Positions 26,578 to 38,235 of a DNA stretch of 64,000 nt are shown in pieces. This DNA comes from Mobula hypostoma. Taxonomy: Eukaryota. The position numbers and the translations under genes are program-made. Where the stretch lies: positions 230,952,001-231,016,000 of the forward strand of contig NC_086097.1 in NCBI RefSeq assembly GCF_963921235.1. Direction: 5' to 3'. The notes beneath the pieces are model-generated. The model searched no databases. It was not told where the DNA came from and worked only from the letters and a program-made list of their open reading frames with translations. Within the stretch, counting starts at the first letter, position 1; the number at the start of each line of letters is the position of its first letter.

Positions 26578-29148
26578 GAGTTGGGACACATTGGGACCAG
26601 TACACTTTGGCCCACTTACGCGACTGCCCCAATTAGCTCTAGTCTCATGGAAGCAATTAAAATGGCAGAGAAAAGACAAACTACCATTTAACTGAGTAAC
26701 AAATTTTACATTTAAATAAAATACAGAATGAATTAGAACACTAGCAATACTACTACAGTATTATAAAACTGTGTATTAATTCAATGTACGCTGCCACGTT
26801 CTTTTGATTGAATGTAAGTTCAATTGAATTGATATACAGAAACATAGAAATCTACAGCACATTACAGGCCCTTTGGCCCACAATGTTGTGCTGACCATGT
26901 AACCTACTCTAGAAGCTGCCAAGAATTTCCCTACCACATAGCCCTCTATTTTCCTAAACCATGTACCGAAGAATCTCTTAAAAGACCCCATTGTATTCAC
27001 CTCTACCACCCTCGCCAGCAGTGCATTCCATGCACCCACCAATCTCTGTGTGAAACGCTCACCTCTGACATCCCCCCTGTACCTACCTCCAAGCACCTTA
27101 AAACCATGACCCTCATGTTAGCCATTTCAGCCCTGGGAAAAAGCCTCTGCCTCTGATGAATGCCTCTCATTATCTTATGCACCTCTATCAGATCACCTCT
27201 CATCCTCTGTCACTCCAAGGAGGAGAGGCCGAGTTCACTCAACCTATTCTCATGAGGCATGCTCTCCAATCCACGTAACATCCTTTTAAATCTCCTCTGT
27301 GCTCTATAGTGTCCATATCCTCCCTGTAACTAGGCGATCAGAACTGAACACAGTGCTCCAAGTGGGGTCTAACTAAGGTCTTATATACCTGTAACATTAC
27401 CTCACGGCTCTTGAACTCAGTCCCACGGTTGATGAAGGCCAGCACGCCATATGCCTTCTTAACAACACCGTCAACCTGCGTAGCAGCTTTGAGTGTCCTA
27501 TGGACATGGACCCCAAGATCTTGCTGATCCTCCACACTGCCAAGAGTCTTACCAGTAATATTATACTCTGTCTTCAAATTTGACCTACCAAAATGAACCA
27601 CTTCACACTTATCTGGGTTGAACTCCATTTGCCACTTCTCAGCCCAGTTCTGCATCCTATCATGTCCCGTTGTAACCTCTGACAACCCTACAGACTATCC
27701 ACAACATTCCCAACTTTTGTGTCATCAGCAAACTTACTAGCCCACTCTTCTACTTCCTCATCCAGGTCACAAAGAGGAGGGGTCGCAGAACAGATCTCTG
27801 TGGAAACACCACTGGTCACAATCCTCCATTCAGAATACGAACCATCTACAACCACCTGGTGATGGCCTGGTGGAAGAAGGTATCCAGGAGCCTGTTGGTC
27901 CTGGCTTTAATGCTGCGGTACCATTTCCCAGATGGTAGCCGCTGGAACAGTTTGTGGTTGGGGTGACTCAGGTCCCCAATGAAACTTCAACCTGTCACTG
28001 TGAAAGTCTTGAAGGGTGGGAAGTTCACATCCACAGATGTGCTGGGCTGTCTGCACCGCTCCCTGCAGAGTCCTGCGATTGAGTACAGTTCCCATACCAG
28101 GCAGTGATACAGCCAGTCAGGATGCTCCCAATTGTGCCCCTGTAGAAAGTTCTTATGATTTGGGTTCTCATGCCAAACTTCTTCAACCGTCTGAGGTGAA
28201 AGAGGCGCTGTTGTGCTTTTTTCACCACACAGCTGGTATGTACAGACCAAGTGAAATCCTCGGTGATGTGTTTCCCGAGGAACTTAAAGCCTGTTCACCC
28301 TCTCAGCCTCAGATCCACTGATATCAATAGGGGTGAGCGTGTCTCCGTTTCTCCTGTAGTCCACAACCAGCTCCTTTGTTTTTGCGACATCGAGGGAGAG
28401 GTTGTTTTCTTGACACCACTGTCTCAGGGTGATGACTTCTCTGTAGGCTGCCTCATTATCATTTGAGATAAGGCCAATCAATGTAGTATCGTCAGCAAAT
28501 TTAATTAGCAGATTGGAGCTGTGGGTGGTGACACAGTTGTGGGTATACAGAGAGTAAAGGAGGGGGCTTAGGACACAGCCCTGGGGGGCTCCTGTGTTGT
28601 AAATGAACAAAATCAGTGCAGATAGTGGACTGCCTTCATACAATGCTAATGATGATTGCATGCTCCAAATATTCATTTTATTCTAACATTCATCTGATTA
28701 TTGATACCCACAGATTCTTCATAGTTCCTAACTTGTGTAGCAGTGAAATAGTTTACTTTTCTCTCACAGCTGTTCTGGGCATCTCCAGACCGGAATGCTG
28801 GAAACCACAGTGAGCAAAATAGTTCTGAATTGTCTTACTGCTTAGTTCTCACCAACTATCAGTGACAAAAATCTCAGCTTTTTGAACACAGACACACGCA
28901 ACTGACGCTATTTAAAAGCTGTTCACTCTCAGCATGGTGTGGTCTCTAATGGCCACAAAGGTGCATGCATCTGACGCTAGTTCGAAACTGTTGGGCAACA
29001 GTCTCCTGCCCCAATTAGGTGGTATAGTTTCCCAAGTAACCCAATGGAATCCCGGCTATTTTCTTAATTAGTTTTTGTTCTTTTAAGAGTTGTCTCAAAT
29101 AAGCGGCTGTCCTGATTAACCGGTGGCCCAATTAACTGGAATTCACTG
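26578..29148. mobile_element. MITE of the 25706 family, interrupted by Rex1 (-, ~26818-28597), itself interrupted by CR1 (-, ~26835-27855)
   Basis: Right terminus ggcccaattaactggaattcactg-TA; host joins at tgtaa (26813/28598); [17 protein letters not shown] and RPHLEHCVQF motifs in the inserts. Confidence 0.7.
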
Positions 29149-29408
29149 TATTCCAAATTGCAGCATGAGTCTTGCCTATGACCCCACATCCCATTAGCAA
29201 ACTAAAAATATATTTCAGAAACCATGTATGGATGTCCTCATCCGTATCAAAGGTTAATCCATACAGGGATACAGTACTGTGAAGCCTAATTGTTCTCAAT
29301 AATGCTCTTTGAAATATTCAGTAATATTTTCTTGAGTTTAACTTAGTTTCAAAAGACTGCTGGTTTCTAGATTAACTCGTCCATTACTAAATGACAATAA
29401 AAGAGGAC

Positions 29409-31599
29409 AAGCAAAACACATCAAAGTTGCTGGTGAACGCAGCAGGCCAGGCAGCATCTCTAGGAAGAGGTACAGTCGACGTTTTGGGCCGAGACCCTTC
29501 ATCAGGACTAACTGAAGGAAGAGCTGGTAAGAGATTTGAAAGTGGGAGGGGGAGGGGGAGATCCAAAATGATAGGAGAAGACAGGAGGGGGAGGAATGGA
29601 GCCAAGAGCTGGACAGGTGATTGGCAAAAGGGATACGAGAGGATCATGGGACAGGAAGTCCGGGAAGAAAGACAAGGGCGGGGGGGGGGGACCCAGAGGA
29701 TGGGCAAGGGGTATATTCAGAGGGACAGAGGGAGAAAAAGGAGAGTGAGAGAAAGAATGTGTGTATAAAAATAAGTAACAGATGGGGTATGAGGGGGAGG
29801 TGGTGCATTAATGGAAGTTAGAGAAGTCGATGTTCATGCCATCAAGTTGGAGGCTACCCAGACGGAATATAAGGTGTTGTTCCTCCAACCTGAGTGTGGC
29901 TTCATCTCTACAGTAGAGGAGGCCGTGGATAGACATGTCAGAATGGGAATGAGACGCAGAATTAAAATGTGTGGCCACTGGGAGATCCTGCTTTCTCTGG
30001 CGGACAGAGCGTAGGTGTTCAGCAAAGCGGTCTCCCAGTCTGCGTCGGGTCTCGCCAATATATAAAAGGCCACATCGGGAGCACCGGATGCAGTATATCA
30101 CCCCAGCCGACTCACAGGTGAAGTGTCGCCTCACCTGGAAGGACTGTTTGGGGCCCTGAATGGTGGTAAGGGAGGAAGTGTAAGGGCATGTGTAGCACTT
30201 GTTCCGCTTACACGGATAAGTGCCAGGAGGGAGATCAGTGGGGAGGGATGGGGGGGACGAATGGACAAGGAAGTCGCGTAGGGAGCGATATCTGCGGAAA
30301 GCAGAGAGAGCGGGGAGGGAAAGATGTGCTTAGTGGTGGGATCCCGTTGGAGGTGGCGGAAGTTACAGAGAATAATATGTTGGACCCAGAGGCTGGTGGG
30401 GTGGTAGGTGAGGACCAGGGGAACCCCATTCCTAGTGGGGTGGCGGGAGGATGGAGTGAGAGCAGATGTACGTGAAATGGGGGAGATGTGTTTAAGAGCA
30501 GAGTTGATAGTGGAGGAAGGGAAGCCCCTTTCTTTAAAAAAGGAGGACATCTCCTTCGTCCTAGAATGAAAAGCCTCATCCTGAGAACAGATGCGGCGGA
30601 GACGGAGGAATTGCAAGAAGGGGATAGCATTTTTGCAAGAGACAGGGTGAGAAGAGGAATAGTCCAGATAGCTGTAAGAGTCAGTAGGCTTATAGTAGAC
30701 ATCAGTAGATAAGCTGTCTCCAGAGATAGAGACAGAAAGATCTAGAAAGGGGAGGGAGGTGTCGGAAATGGACCAGGTAAACTTGAGGGCAGGGTGAAAG
30801 TTGGAGGCAAAGTTAATAAAATCAACGAGCTCAGCATGCGTGCAGGAAGTAGCGCCAATGCGGTCGTCGATGTAGCGAAGGAAAAGTGGGGGACAGATAC
30901 CAGAATAGGCACGGAACATAGATTGTTCCACAAACCCAACAAAAAGGCAGGCATAGCTAGGACCCATACGGGTGCCCATAGCTACACCTTTAGTTTGGAG
31001 GAAGTGGGAGGAGCCAAAGGAGAAATTATTAAGAGTAAGGACTAATTCCGCTCGACAGAGCAGAGTGGTGGTAGAGGGGAATTGATTAGGTCTGGAATCC
31101 AAAAAGAAGCGTAGAGCTTTGAGACCTTCCTGATGGGGGATGGAAGTATATAGGGACTGGACATCCATGGTGAAAATAAAGCGGTGGGGGCCAGGGAACT
31201 TAAAATCGAAAAGTTTAAGAGCGTGAGAAGTGTCACGAACATAGGTAGGAAGGGATTGAACAAGGGGGGATAAAACCGTGTCGAGGTATGCAGAAACGAG
31301 TTCAGTGGGTCAAGAGCAAGCTGAGACAATAGGTCGGCCAGGACAGGCAGGTTTGTGGATCTTGGGTAGGAGGTAGAAACGGGAAGTGCGAGGTGTGGGA
31401 GCTGTAAGGTTGGTAGCAGTGGATGGGAGATCCCCTGAGCGGATAAAGTCGGTGATGGTGTGGGAGACAATGGCCTGGTGCTCCTTAGTGGGGTCACGAT
31501 CGAGGGGTAAATAAGAGGAGATATCCGCAAGTTGTCGCTGTGCCTCGGCAAGGTAGAGGTCAGTACGCCAGACTACAACAGCAGCCCCCTTATCGGCGC
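29409..31599 (-). mobile_element. Penelope-like retroelement, 5'-truncated: RT, GIY-YIG endonuclease, 3' UTR; few frameshifts
   Basis: MDVQSLYTSIP, KGVAMGTRMGPSYA, LRYIDD, LPFLDL; GVIYCIRCSRCGLLYIGETRRRLGDRFAEH; flanked by agaggac/aggggac. Confidence 0.95.
29474..29509 (-). ncRNA. Minimal type I hammerhead motif in Penelope 3' UTR, with GAAA changed to AAAA
   Basis: Minus strand agtc-CTGATGA-a-gggt ctcg gccc-AAAA-cg-TC-gact; perfect stem I; palindromic ACGU loop 3. Confidence 0.75.
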
Positions 31600-31738
31600 A
31601 GGGGACTGCGTGTCCTCATAATCTAATCTAAACTCCTCTCTCATTCACCAATACGTTTTCTTGTCATCAGGTCACACACCCTGAACTTTCTGTCAATAAA
31701 ACCTTGTTTCTTATTAAACAGCTAGTATGCTTTATTAC

Positions 31739-31936
31739 CTGCTCTGCTGTTTGGTCCTTTTGCGTTGAATGAATGATAATACTGATTTATTGTCAGCGGG
31801 CCCCTCATTGTCCTGTGGCTCTATTTTGACCTTGAGCTGGTTTTGTTCAGCTAGAGGGCAACCTGAGAGTCGGTGGTGTGCCGTGTATTTTCCAGTTATG
31901 TGACCAGACCCATTACAACCGGGAGTAGGACATTTT
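31739..31936 (-). CDS. L3MBTL4: Internal coding exon (198 nt, phase 2 to 2) with complete C2HC zinc finger: (R)[65 protein letters not shown](R)
   Basis: Acceptor tttcatgttacag, donor CAG|gtaata; open frame; CPTPGCxGxGH..H..SGCP CCHHC motif; phases fit both neighbouring exons. Confidence 0.9.
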
Positions 31937-32311
31937 CTGTAACATGAAACAAGAAAGATTCAACAAGCTTTTCAACAACATCTATGTAATAACAAGCTCT
32001 TTATACACCGATTTCAACCATTTGACTGACTGCATCTGTAACAGGAAAGTGAGGATTTATTTCATTGGAGAATGGAAATCTTTGTATTTCAAGTCTGGTG
32101 CCAACATTGGACATTTATATAGGCTCCAAAGACATCCCCATTCTCAATGATGGTTCAAGCCTGCACAGAAGTGCTAAATGTAAGTTGTTTGAAAATCATC
32201 TTTAATTCTAAGGACCTTAGGCACATATGCAGTGCCTATAAAAAGTACTCACCCCCCCAGGAAGTTTTTACGTTTTATTGTTTTACAACATTGAAACACA
32301 GTGGATTTAAT

Positions 32312-32805
32312 CTGAAACAAGAGAAAATCTGCAGATGCTGGAAATCCAAGCAACACACACAAAATGCTAGAGGAACTCAACAGACCAGGCAGCATCTATG
32401 GAAAACAGTACAGTCGATAATTCAGGTCGAGACCCTTTGGCAGGACCGGAGGAAAATGCTGAGGAGTAGATATAAAAGGTGGGGGAGGGGAGAGAAAACA
32501 CAAGGTGATAGGTGAAACCTGAAGGGGGAGGGATGAAGTAAAGGGCTGGGAAGTTGATTGGTGAAAGAGATACTGGGCTGGAGAAGGGGGAGTCTGATAG
32601 GAGAGGACAGAAGGCCATGGGAGAAAGGAAAGGGGGGGGAGGAAAGCAGAAGGAGGTGTTGGGTGGGCAAGGGAATAAGGTGAGAGAGGGAAGATGGGAT
32701 GGGGAATGGTGAAAGGGGGTGGGGGATGCATTACCAGAAGTTTGAGAATCGATGTTAATGCCATCAGGTTGGAGGGTACCCAGATGGAATTCGAGGTGTC
32801 ATTTC
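32312..32805 (-). mobile_element. Penelope 3' tail inserted in the left inverted repeat of the Tc1
   Basis: Homologous to 9646-10100; ttaat on both sides; the Tc1 inverted repeat resumes afterwards. Confidence 0.85.
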
Positions 32806-33990
32806 TTAATTTGGATTTTTTGACACTGATCAACAGAAACGACTCTTTTGTGTCCAAATGAAAACAATTTTCTACAAATTGGTCTACATTTATTACAATT
32901 ATTAAACACAAAATAACTGATTGCATAATTACTCACACCCTTCAAGTCAGTATTTAGTAGATGCACCTTTGGCAGCAATTACAGCATTGAGTCTGTGTGG
33001 ATAGGTCTCTGTCAGCTTTGTACATCTGGACAGTGCAATTTTTTTTCCACCCTTCTTTACAAAACTGCTCAAACTCCGTCAGATTGCATGAGGATTGTAG
33101 TGAACAACACGTTTCAAGTCCAGTCACAAATTTTCAATTGGATTCAGGTCTGGACTCTGACTTGGCCATTCCAGGACATAAGCTTTGTTGTTTTTAAGCC
33201 ACTCCTGTGTAGCTTCAGCTTTATGCTTGGGATCACTGTCTTGCTGGAAGACAAATCTTCCAAGATGTAGTTCTCTTGCAGACTGCATCAGGCTTTCCTT
33301 CAGGATTTCCCTGCACTTTGCTGCATTCATTTTACCCTCTACCTTCACAAGCCTTCCAGAGCCTGCTTCAGTGAAGCATCCCCACAGCATGATGCAGCCA
33401 CCACCATGCTTCGTGGTAGGGATGGTGTGTTTTTGATGACGTGCAGTGTTTGGCTTATATCAAACATAGCGTTTGGTCTGATGGCCAAAAAGCTCAACTT
33501 TGGGTTCATCAGACCCCAAGAACTTTCTTCCAGATTACTTCAGAGTCTCCCACGTCTTCTGGCAAATTCCAGTGGAGATTTCATGTGACTTTTTTTTCAA
33601 CAGTGGCTTTCTCTTTGCCACTCTCCCATAAAGCTGCAACTGGTAAAGCACCGGGGCAACAGTTGTTGTATATGCAGTCACTCCCATCTCAGCCAGTGAA
33701 GCTTGTAACTCCTCCTGAGTTGTCATAGGTCTCTCGGTGGCCTCCCTCACTAGTCCCCTTCTTGCCCAGTCACTCAGTTTTTGAGGACGGGCCTGCTCTA
33801 GGCAGATTTAGAGCGCATTTCCATTTCTTGATGATTGACTTAACTGTACTCCAAGAGATATTCAGTTTCTTGGAAATTTTTTGTATCCATCTTCTGGCTT
33901 GTGCTTTACAATAACCTTTTTGCGGAGTTGCTTGGAGAGTTCTTTTGTCTCCATTGTGTAGTTTTTGCCAGGATACTGACTCACCAGCAC

Positions 33991-34698
33991 TTTTAATGGC
34001 AGTTGGCAGTCCAACTTAAAGGTGCATTACTGCCACCAACTGAGAGTTGGAAAATAAAACCCCTACTAGTTCTTTATCAAATGAAAACTAAATTAGCCCA
34101 AAAAACCCTATAAATTGTAAATAAAGAAAGGCAATATTGTGAAATAAATTAGTCACTTCCATAACTTAGTAAAGCTTTTAAAAGAAAACTATCCACCCCC
34201 AAAGATAGTAGTGCAGCCTATATTTGCTCTCTTTCAAACATATACTTCACATTATAAAAGAATGTGTTCAACTGTTTCATCTTGATGACAAAACCTAACA
34301 CCCCAGAGTGACAGTTTCCGACAAGATATAAGGAATAATTAAGCATATGCCTAATTCTGAGTCGAGTCAATATAATTCCTTCCCCTCGTTTTACCCCTTT
34401 CTCCCATAAATCTAACAGTTTTATGTATTCTGTAAACGTGTCACCCCTTATGCCAATTAACCCATAAGTCTTGCCATAATCCCTGAATTCTTAGCCCCAC
34501 CAACTGCTTAGCTTCTGATTTGCGAAGTGCAAGGTCTATATCCACAGTTGAACTTTTAACAGCTAATATTGTCCAAACAATCAACACGCTCATTCCCTTC
34601 AACACCTTAATATGGAGGGACCCACATGAAGCAGATGTGTAAACCAATAGTTTGAATATAAAGTTTGAAGAGCTTCTAGCAGTAAATCTGACCCAATT
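33991..34698 (-). mobile_element. I-superfamily (Nimb-like) LINE 3' fragment with RNase H end
   Basis: Minus strand FMWVPP.GVEGNERVD, LTRLRI, ETVEHIL; 3' end ggtggcagtaatgcaccttt...gccattaaaa. Confidence 0.75.
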
Positions 34699-35058
34699 AG
34701 TTAGACCTTCCAGATACAGGTGTATTTTTACTACCATCAATTGAAACACCTTGACTGCCCGCCGGTGATCTCCATTCTAAAATCAATTGGCTGCACCAGT
34801 GATGATTTGGTGTGTCATATTAAAGGGGGTGAATTCTTATGCAATCAATTATTTTGTGTTTTATATTTGTAATTAATTAGATCATTTTGCCAAGATCTGT
34901 TTTCACTTTGACACGGAGGAGTATTTTTCTGTTGATCCGTGTCAAAAAGCCAAATTAAATCCACTGTGATTCAATGTTGTAAAACAATAAAACATAAAAA
35001 CTTCCAAGGGGGTGTATACTTTTCATAGGCACTGTATATAGACGTCTGTAAAATTACA

Positions 35059-35140
35059 ATGGTACTGTGCAAAAGTCTTTGGCATATATATATATATATA
35101 TATATATATGTCTAGAAGGCCTAAGACCTTGCACAGTGCC
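35059..35140. repeat. Tiny TIR element with (TA)n core
   Basis: actgtgcaaaagtctttggc-(ta)n-gcctaagaccttgcacagt. Confidence 0.65.
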
Positions 35141-36153
35141 CTTAGTAATTTTATGTAGTGCACTGCACTACTGCCACACAAAAAAAAATTCATGACATAC
35201 ACGAGTGATGATAAACCTGATTCTGATATGGGTCTCTTTTGTGGACTGAGTATTGGAAGGGGGCAGGGAGAGGGGAATCATGGTTGGAAAAAAGGAGGAG
35301 GGGAAGGGAGGAGGGAGGCACCAGAGAGACATTCTGTAATGATCAATAAGCCAACTGTTTGGAATTAGTGACCTTGCCTGGTATCTCAGGGCTGGGTGTG
35401 TCTGTACTCGTACCATCCCCACCCCGACACTTCTTCTCTGCCACCTGTCCCACACCCCCCTGCAGCAGTTCACCCTCCCCATTCCCAACATCCTTTGCTC
35501 CTGCCAGATTTACAAGCTCACTCTCCGCTCCACGTTGACAAAGTGATGAACTGTTCAGATATCTGATGGCTGAGGGGAAGAAACTCTTCCTAAGTTTGTT
35601 TGGAAACAGAGTAAAGGCTGATTGAGGTCCCTGGCTGGTGGGAATCGAAGAGATGACAAGAAGAGTGCTGTATCACCCACAGTTGCAATGGAAAGCACTT
35701 TAAGATGGTGGCTGATGGGAATGGAAGAGTGCACCAGGGAGTTGCAAAGGAAATAGTCCTTACGAAATGCTGAAAGGAGAGGAGAAAATGTGTGGTGTTT
35801 ATTTTCACTCAGATGCTGTGGAAACACCCTGAGTGCTCAGCAGGAGAGTTACCAGCTGTAGATGACTTGGTCTTTGCTCTGTTTAGGTATCAATGGCTTT
35901 GATGTGTTTAGATCCGGTTCAAAGCAGACTGTGGTTCTTCAGACAATAAAGCAATCTAAGCCCAAAAGCCACAACAACTGGATAACATTCTGCTTTGGCA
36001 GGCAAGTACCAAGAAACTTCCTACCACTGAAGATTCATACAATCTCCGACAAAACTACCTGTTCTTTACATGTGATGAATACACTGTAGCCAATGGAACG
36101 AGTCACAGAGCACAGAAAATTACATTAAAATATAATAACTGAAACAGTTTTAC

Positions 36154-36327
36154 CTTGCGTCATTAACACTTCCCTCTGGCTTCCCACTTGAACCATTACT
36201 ATCAAGACGTTTAGTTCTTGGAACAAAAGGAATGGGAACAAGAGTCATCTGTTTCTCTCCTCCTAATCTGTCGTGAATTATTGACTCCTTCTTCATGTTG
36301 AGCTCTGAATAGGGGCATCCAAAGGCA
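36154..36327 (-). CDS. L3MBTL4: Internal coding exon (174 nt, phase 2 to 2): (S)AFGCPYSELNMKKESIIHDRLGGEKQMTLVPIPFVPRTKRLDSNGSSGKPEGSVNDA(R)
   Basis: Acceptor ttcttttgtgaatttag, donor AAG|gtaaaa; open frame; resembles remembered human L3MBTL4 SAFGCPYSDMNLKKEATLHDRL, the end of a C2HC finger. Confidence 0.9.
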
Positions 36328-36908
36328 CTAAATTCACAAAAGAACGGACAATACTGCGTTACTTATTATTTAACTTTCACAGGAGCGCAAATTATTCATC
36401 ATCCGTTTCTCTGAAAAACTAAGTTCAATTCCCACATGAACAGATCAATTACAAAATCCAAGGTGTGAAAAATAACTTGCTATTTAAGAACAAAATCACC
36501 TGAAGGTGATCTGAAAAGAGATCAGTTGAAGGTAATTACGCTGCGATGCTATGAATGCCAATTTAAAGAATGAACAGATCTGCAGTCAGAAAGCTGGTCA
36601 TGAGGACAAAAGAAGAAAGCTTCTTTCATTAAAAGGACATTAGGAAGGAAGATTTCTTTTCTGATATATTACCGATAAGAGCTTTTAGTTCCAGAATCTA
36701 CATCTGTTGGTTGCAGCAGTGTGATGTGAGCTCATGCTTAAATCATTAATCCGAATCCATGGAGTATTAGCCTCACCAATTAACAACCACGTGATGGTCC
36801 CCGAGGTCTTCCGAAGGTTGTTAATAAACTTGATCGCTTCACATGATACGGTCTTACAATATCTGTCTTTTTAAACACTGGCAACACTTTTTAACTTGTT
36901 TAACGCCT

Positions 36909-37175
36909 GGGGGCGGCACGGTACCGAAGCGGTTAGCACAACACTTTACCATACCAGTGATTGGGGTTCAATTCCCGCTGCTGCCTGTAAGGAGTTTGTA
37001 CATTCTCCCCGTGACCCCTCGGGTTTCCTCCAGGTGCTCCGGTTTCCTGTCGGCTGGGCATTGTAAATTGTCCCTTGATTAAGCTAAGATTAAATTGGAG
37101 GATTGCTGGGCGGTGAGGCTCGAAGGGCTGGAAGGGACTAATAGCAACATCATTTCTGATCAGTTCCTTGAATAA
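36909..37175 (+). mobile_element. tRNA-derived V-SINE-like element
   Basis: gggcggcacgg head, B-box ggttcaattcc, V-domain-like ggagtttgtacattctccccgtg...ggtgctccggtttcct. Confidence 0.8.
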
Positions 37176-37989
37176 AGAAGACAGGTGAAAACTTTCCAAA
37201 TGAATTTCAGAATATGGTGCCGTAACAGACACCTCTTGATGGTCGTGCAATAATTATTACCAATTAGCAACCCAGAGGTGTGGATCAACAATACAGGGTG
37301 GACAGTTTAACTACAATTCCACCCACTTATAGTTAATAACCTTTTATTTTAGAAAGGAAAACGTCTTTGTAATGATGGACCACGAACCTACTGGATGGTC
37401 ATAAAATTTCATGAATTTCATTAATATCCTCTTGACTTTTTGAGGACGACCAGGTATAAGCATGGGACATTGACCTTGTCAATGCTGCTTGGATTCCAAA
37501 AAAAAAGGTATGAAAAGAAGCATTGATGAATTGGTGGGAATTTTACAAGTGGCCAAAGTCAAAGGAACTAAATATTGAAATGTGGAGAAGTTGTGCAGCC
37601 GGGACAGAATACAAAGAGAGACAAATACACTTACAAACTATAGAAAGGAAATTAGACATGAGGATGATTCTATTTTAGATTCAAGCCTAAGAATGTAAAG
37701 GGTCTGAACACAGTAAGATATAAAACTAGGTACCCTATTCTGCATCAACATCAGCATCAGATTCCAGCACAACAAGGTCACTCCAGCTCCAGCCAGTCTC
37801 GCAAAGTCATCCATGCATACACTTGTGGACCGGTGGCGGATCTATTCCATAAACTATGCAAATCAGCAGCCAAAGTTTCAAACCCTCCACCCCCATATTC
37901 ACCACTTGACCGAGCAGTCAGTTAGCTGGCTCTAATGCGATCCTGAAGGACTTGGCTATTAAAACTGGGTCTGCAGCAAGTAGAACTCC

Positions 37990-38235
37990 ATCATGGATGT
38001 CCCAAGCCTGGCTGCCAAAGGAGGAGGGTTGGGCATGGGGTTAGCGACCCTATTGTGTAAAAACCCAGCACTACAGAAATGCTAACAGATGCTCCAAAGA
38101 CCACATCCCTGGGAGAGGAAGGTTCTTCAACAGGCTACACCTTGAAACACTGAAAGACAGGCCCAGGACAAAGGCAAGCTTCTTTCGGTGGGCGATGCCC
38201 CAGTAGGGGTGGTGGGCTTAAGAAGCAGCAGCAAC
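37990..38235 (+). mobile_element. Short non-autonomous element, probably RTE-derived (related copy ~44795-44980)
   Basis: ggagggttgggcatggggttagcgaccc head shared with the 44820 copy; ends gggcttaagaag. Confidence 0.55.

Larger units (their letters stand above)
32230..35034 (-). mobile_element. Tc1-family transposon with ~215 bp inverted repeats and decayed transposase; hosts two retroelement fragments
   Basis: Termini cagtgcctataaaaagta / tacttttcataggcactg-[31 protein letters not shown]. Confidence 0.93.

Noticed and set aside
36909..36980. tRNA-like A/B boxes
   Set aside because: Head of a SINE; no cloverleaf
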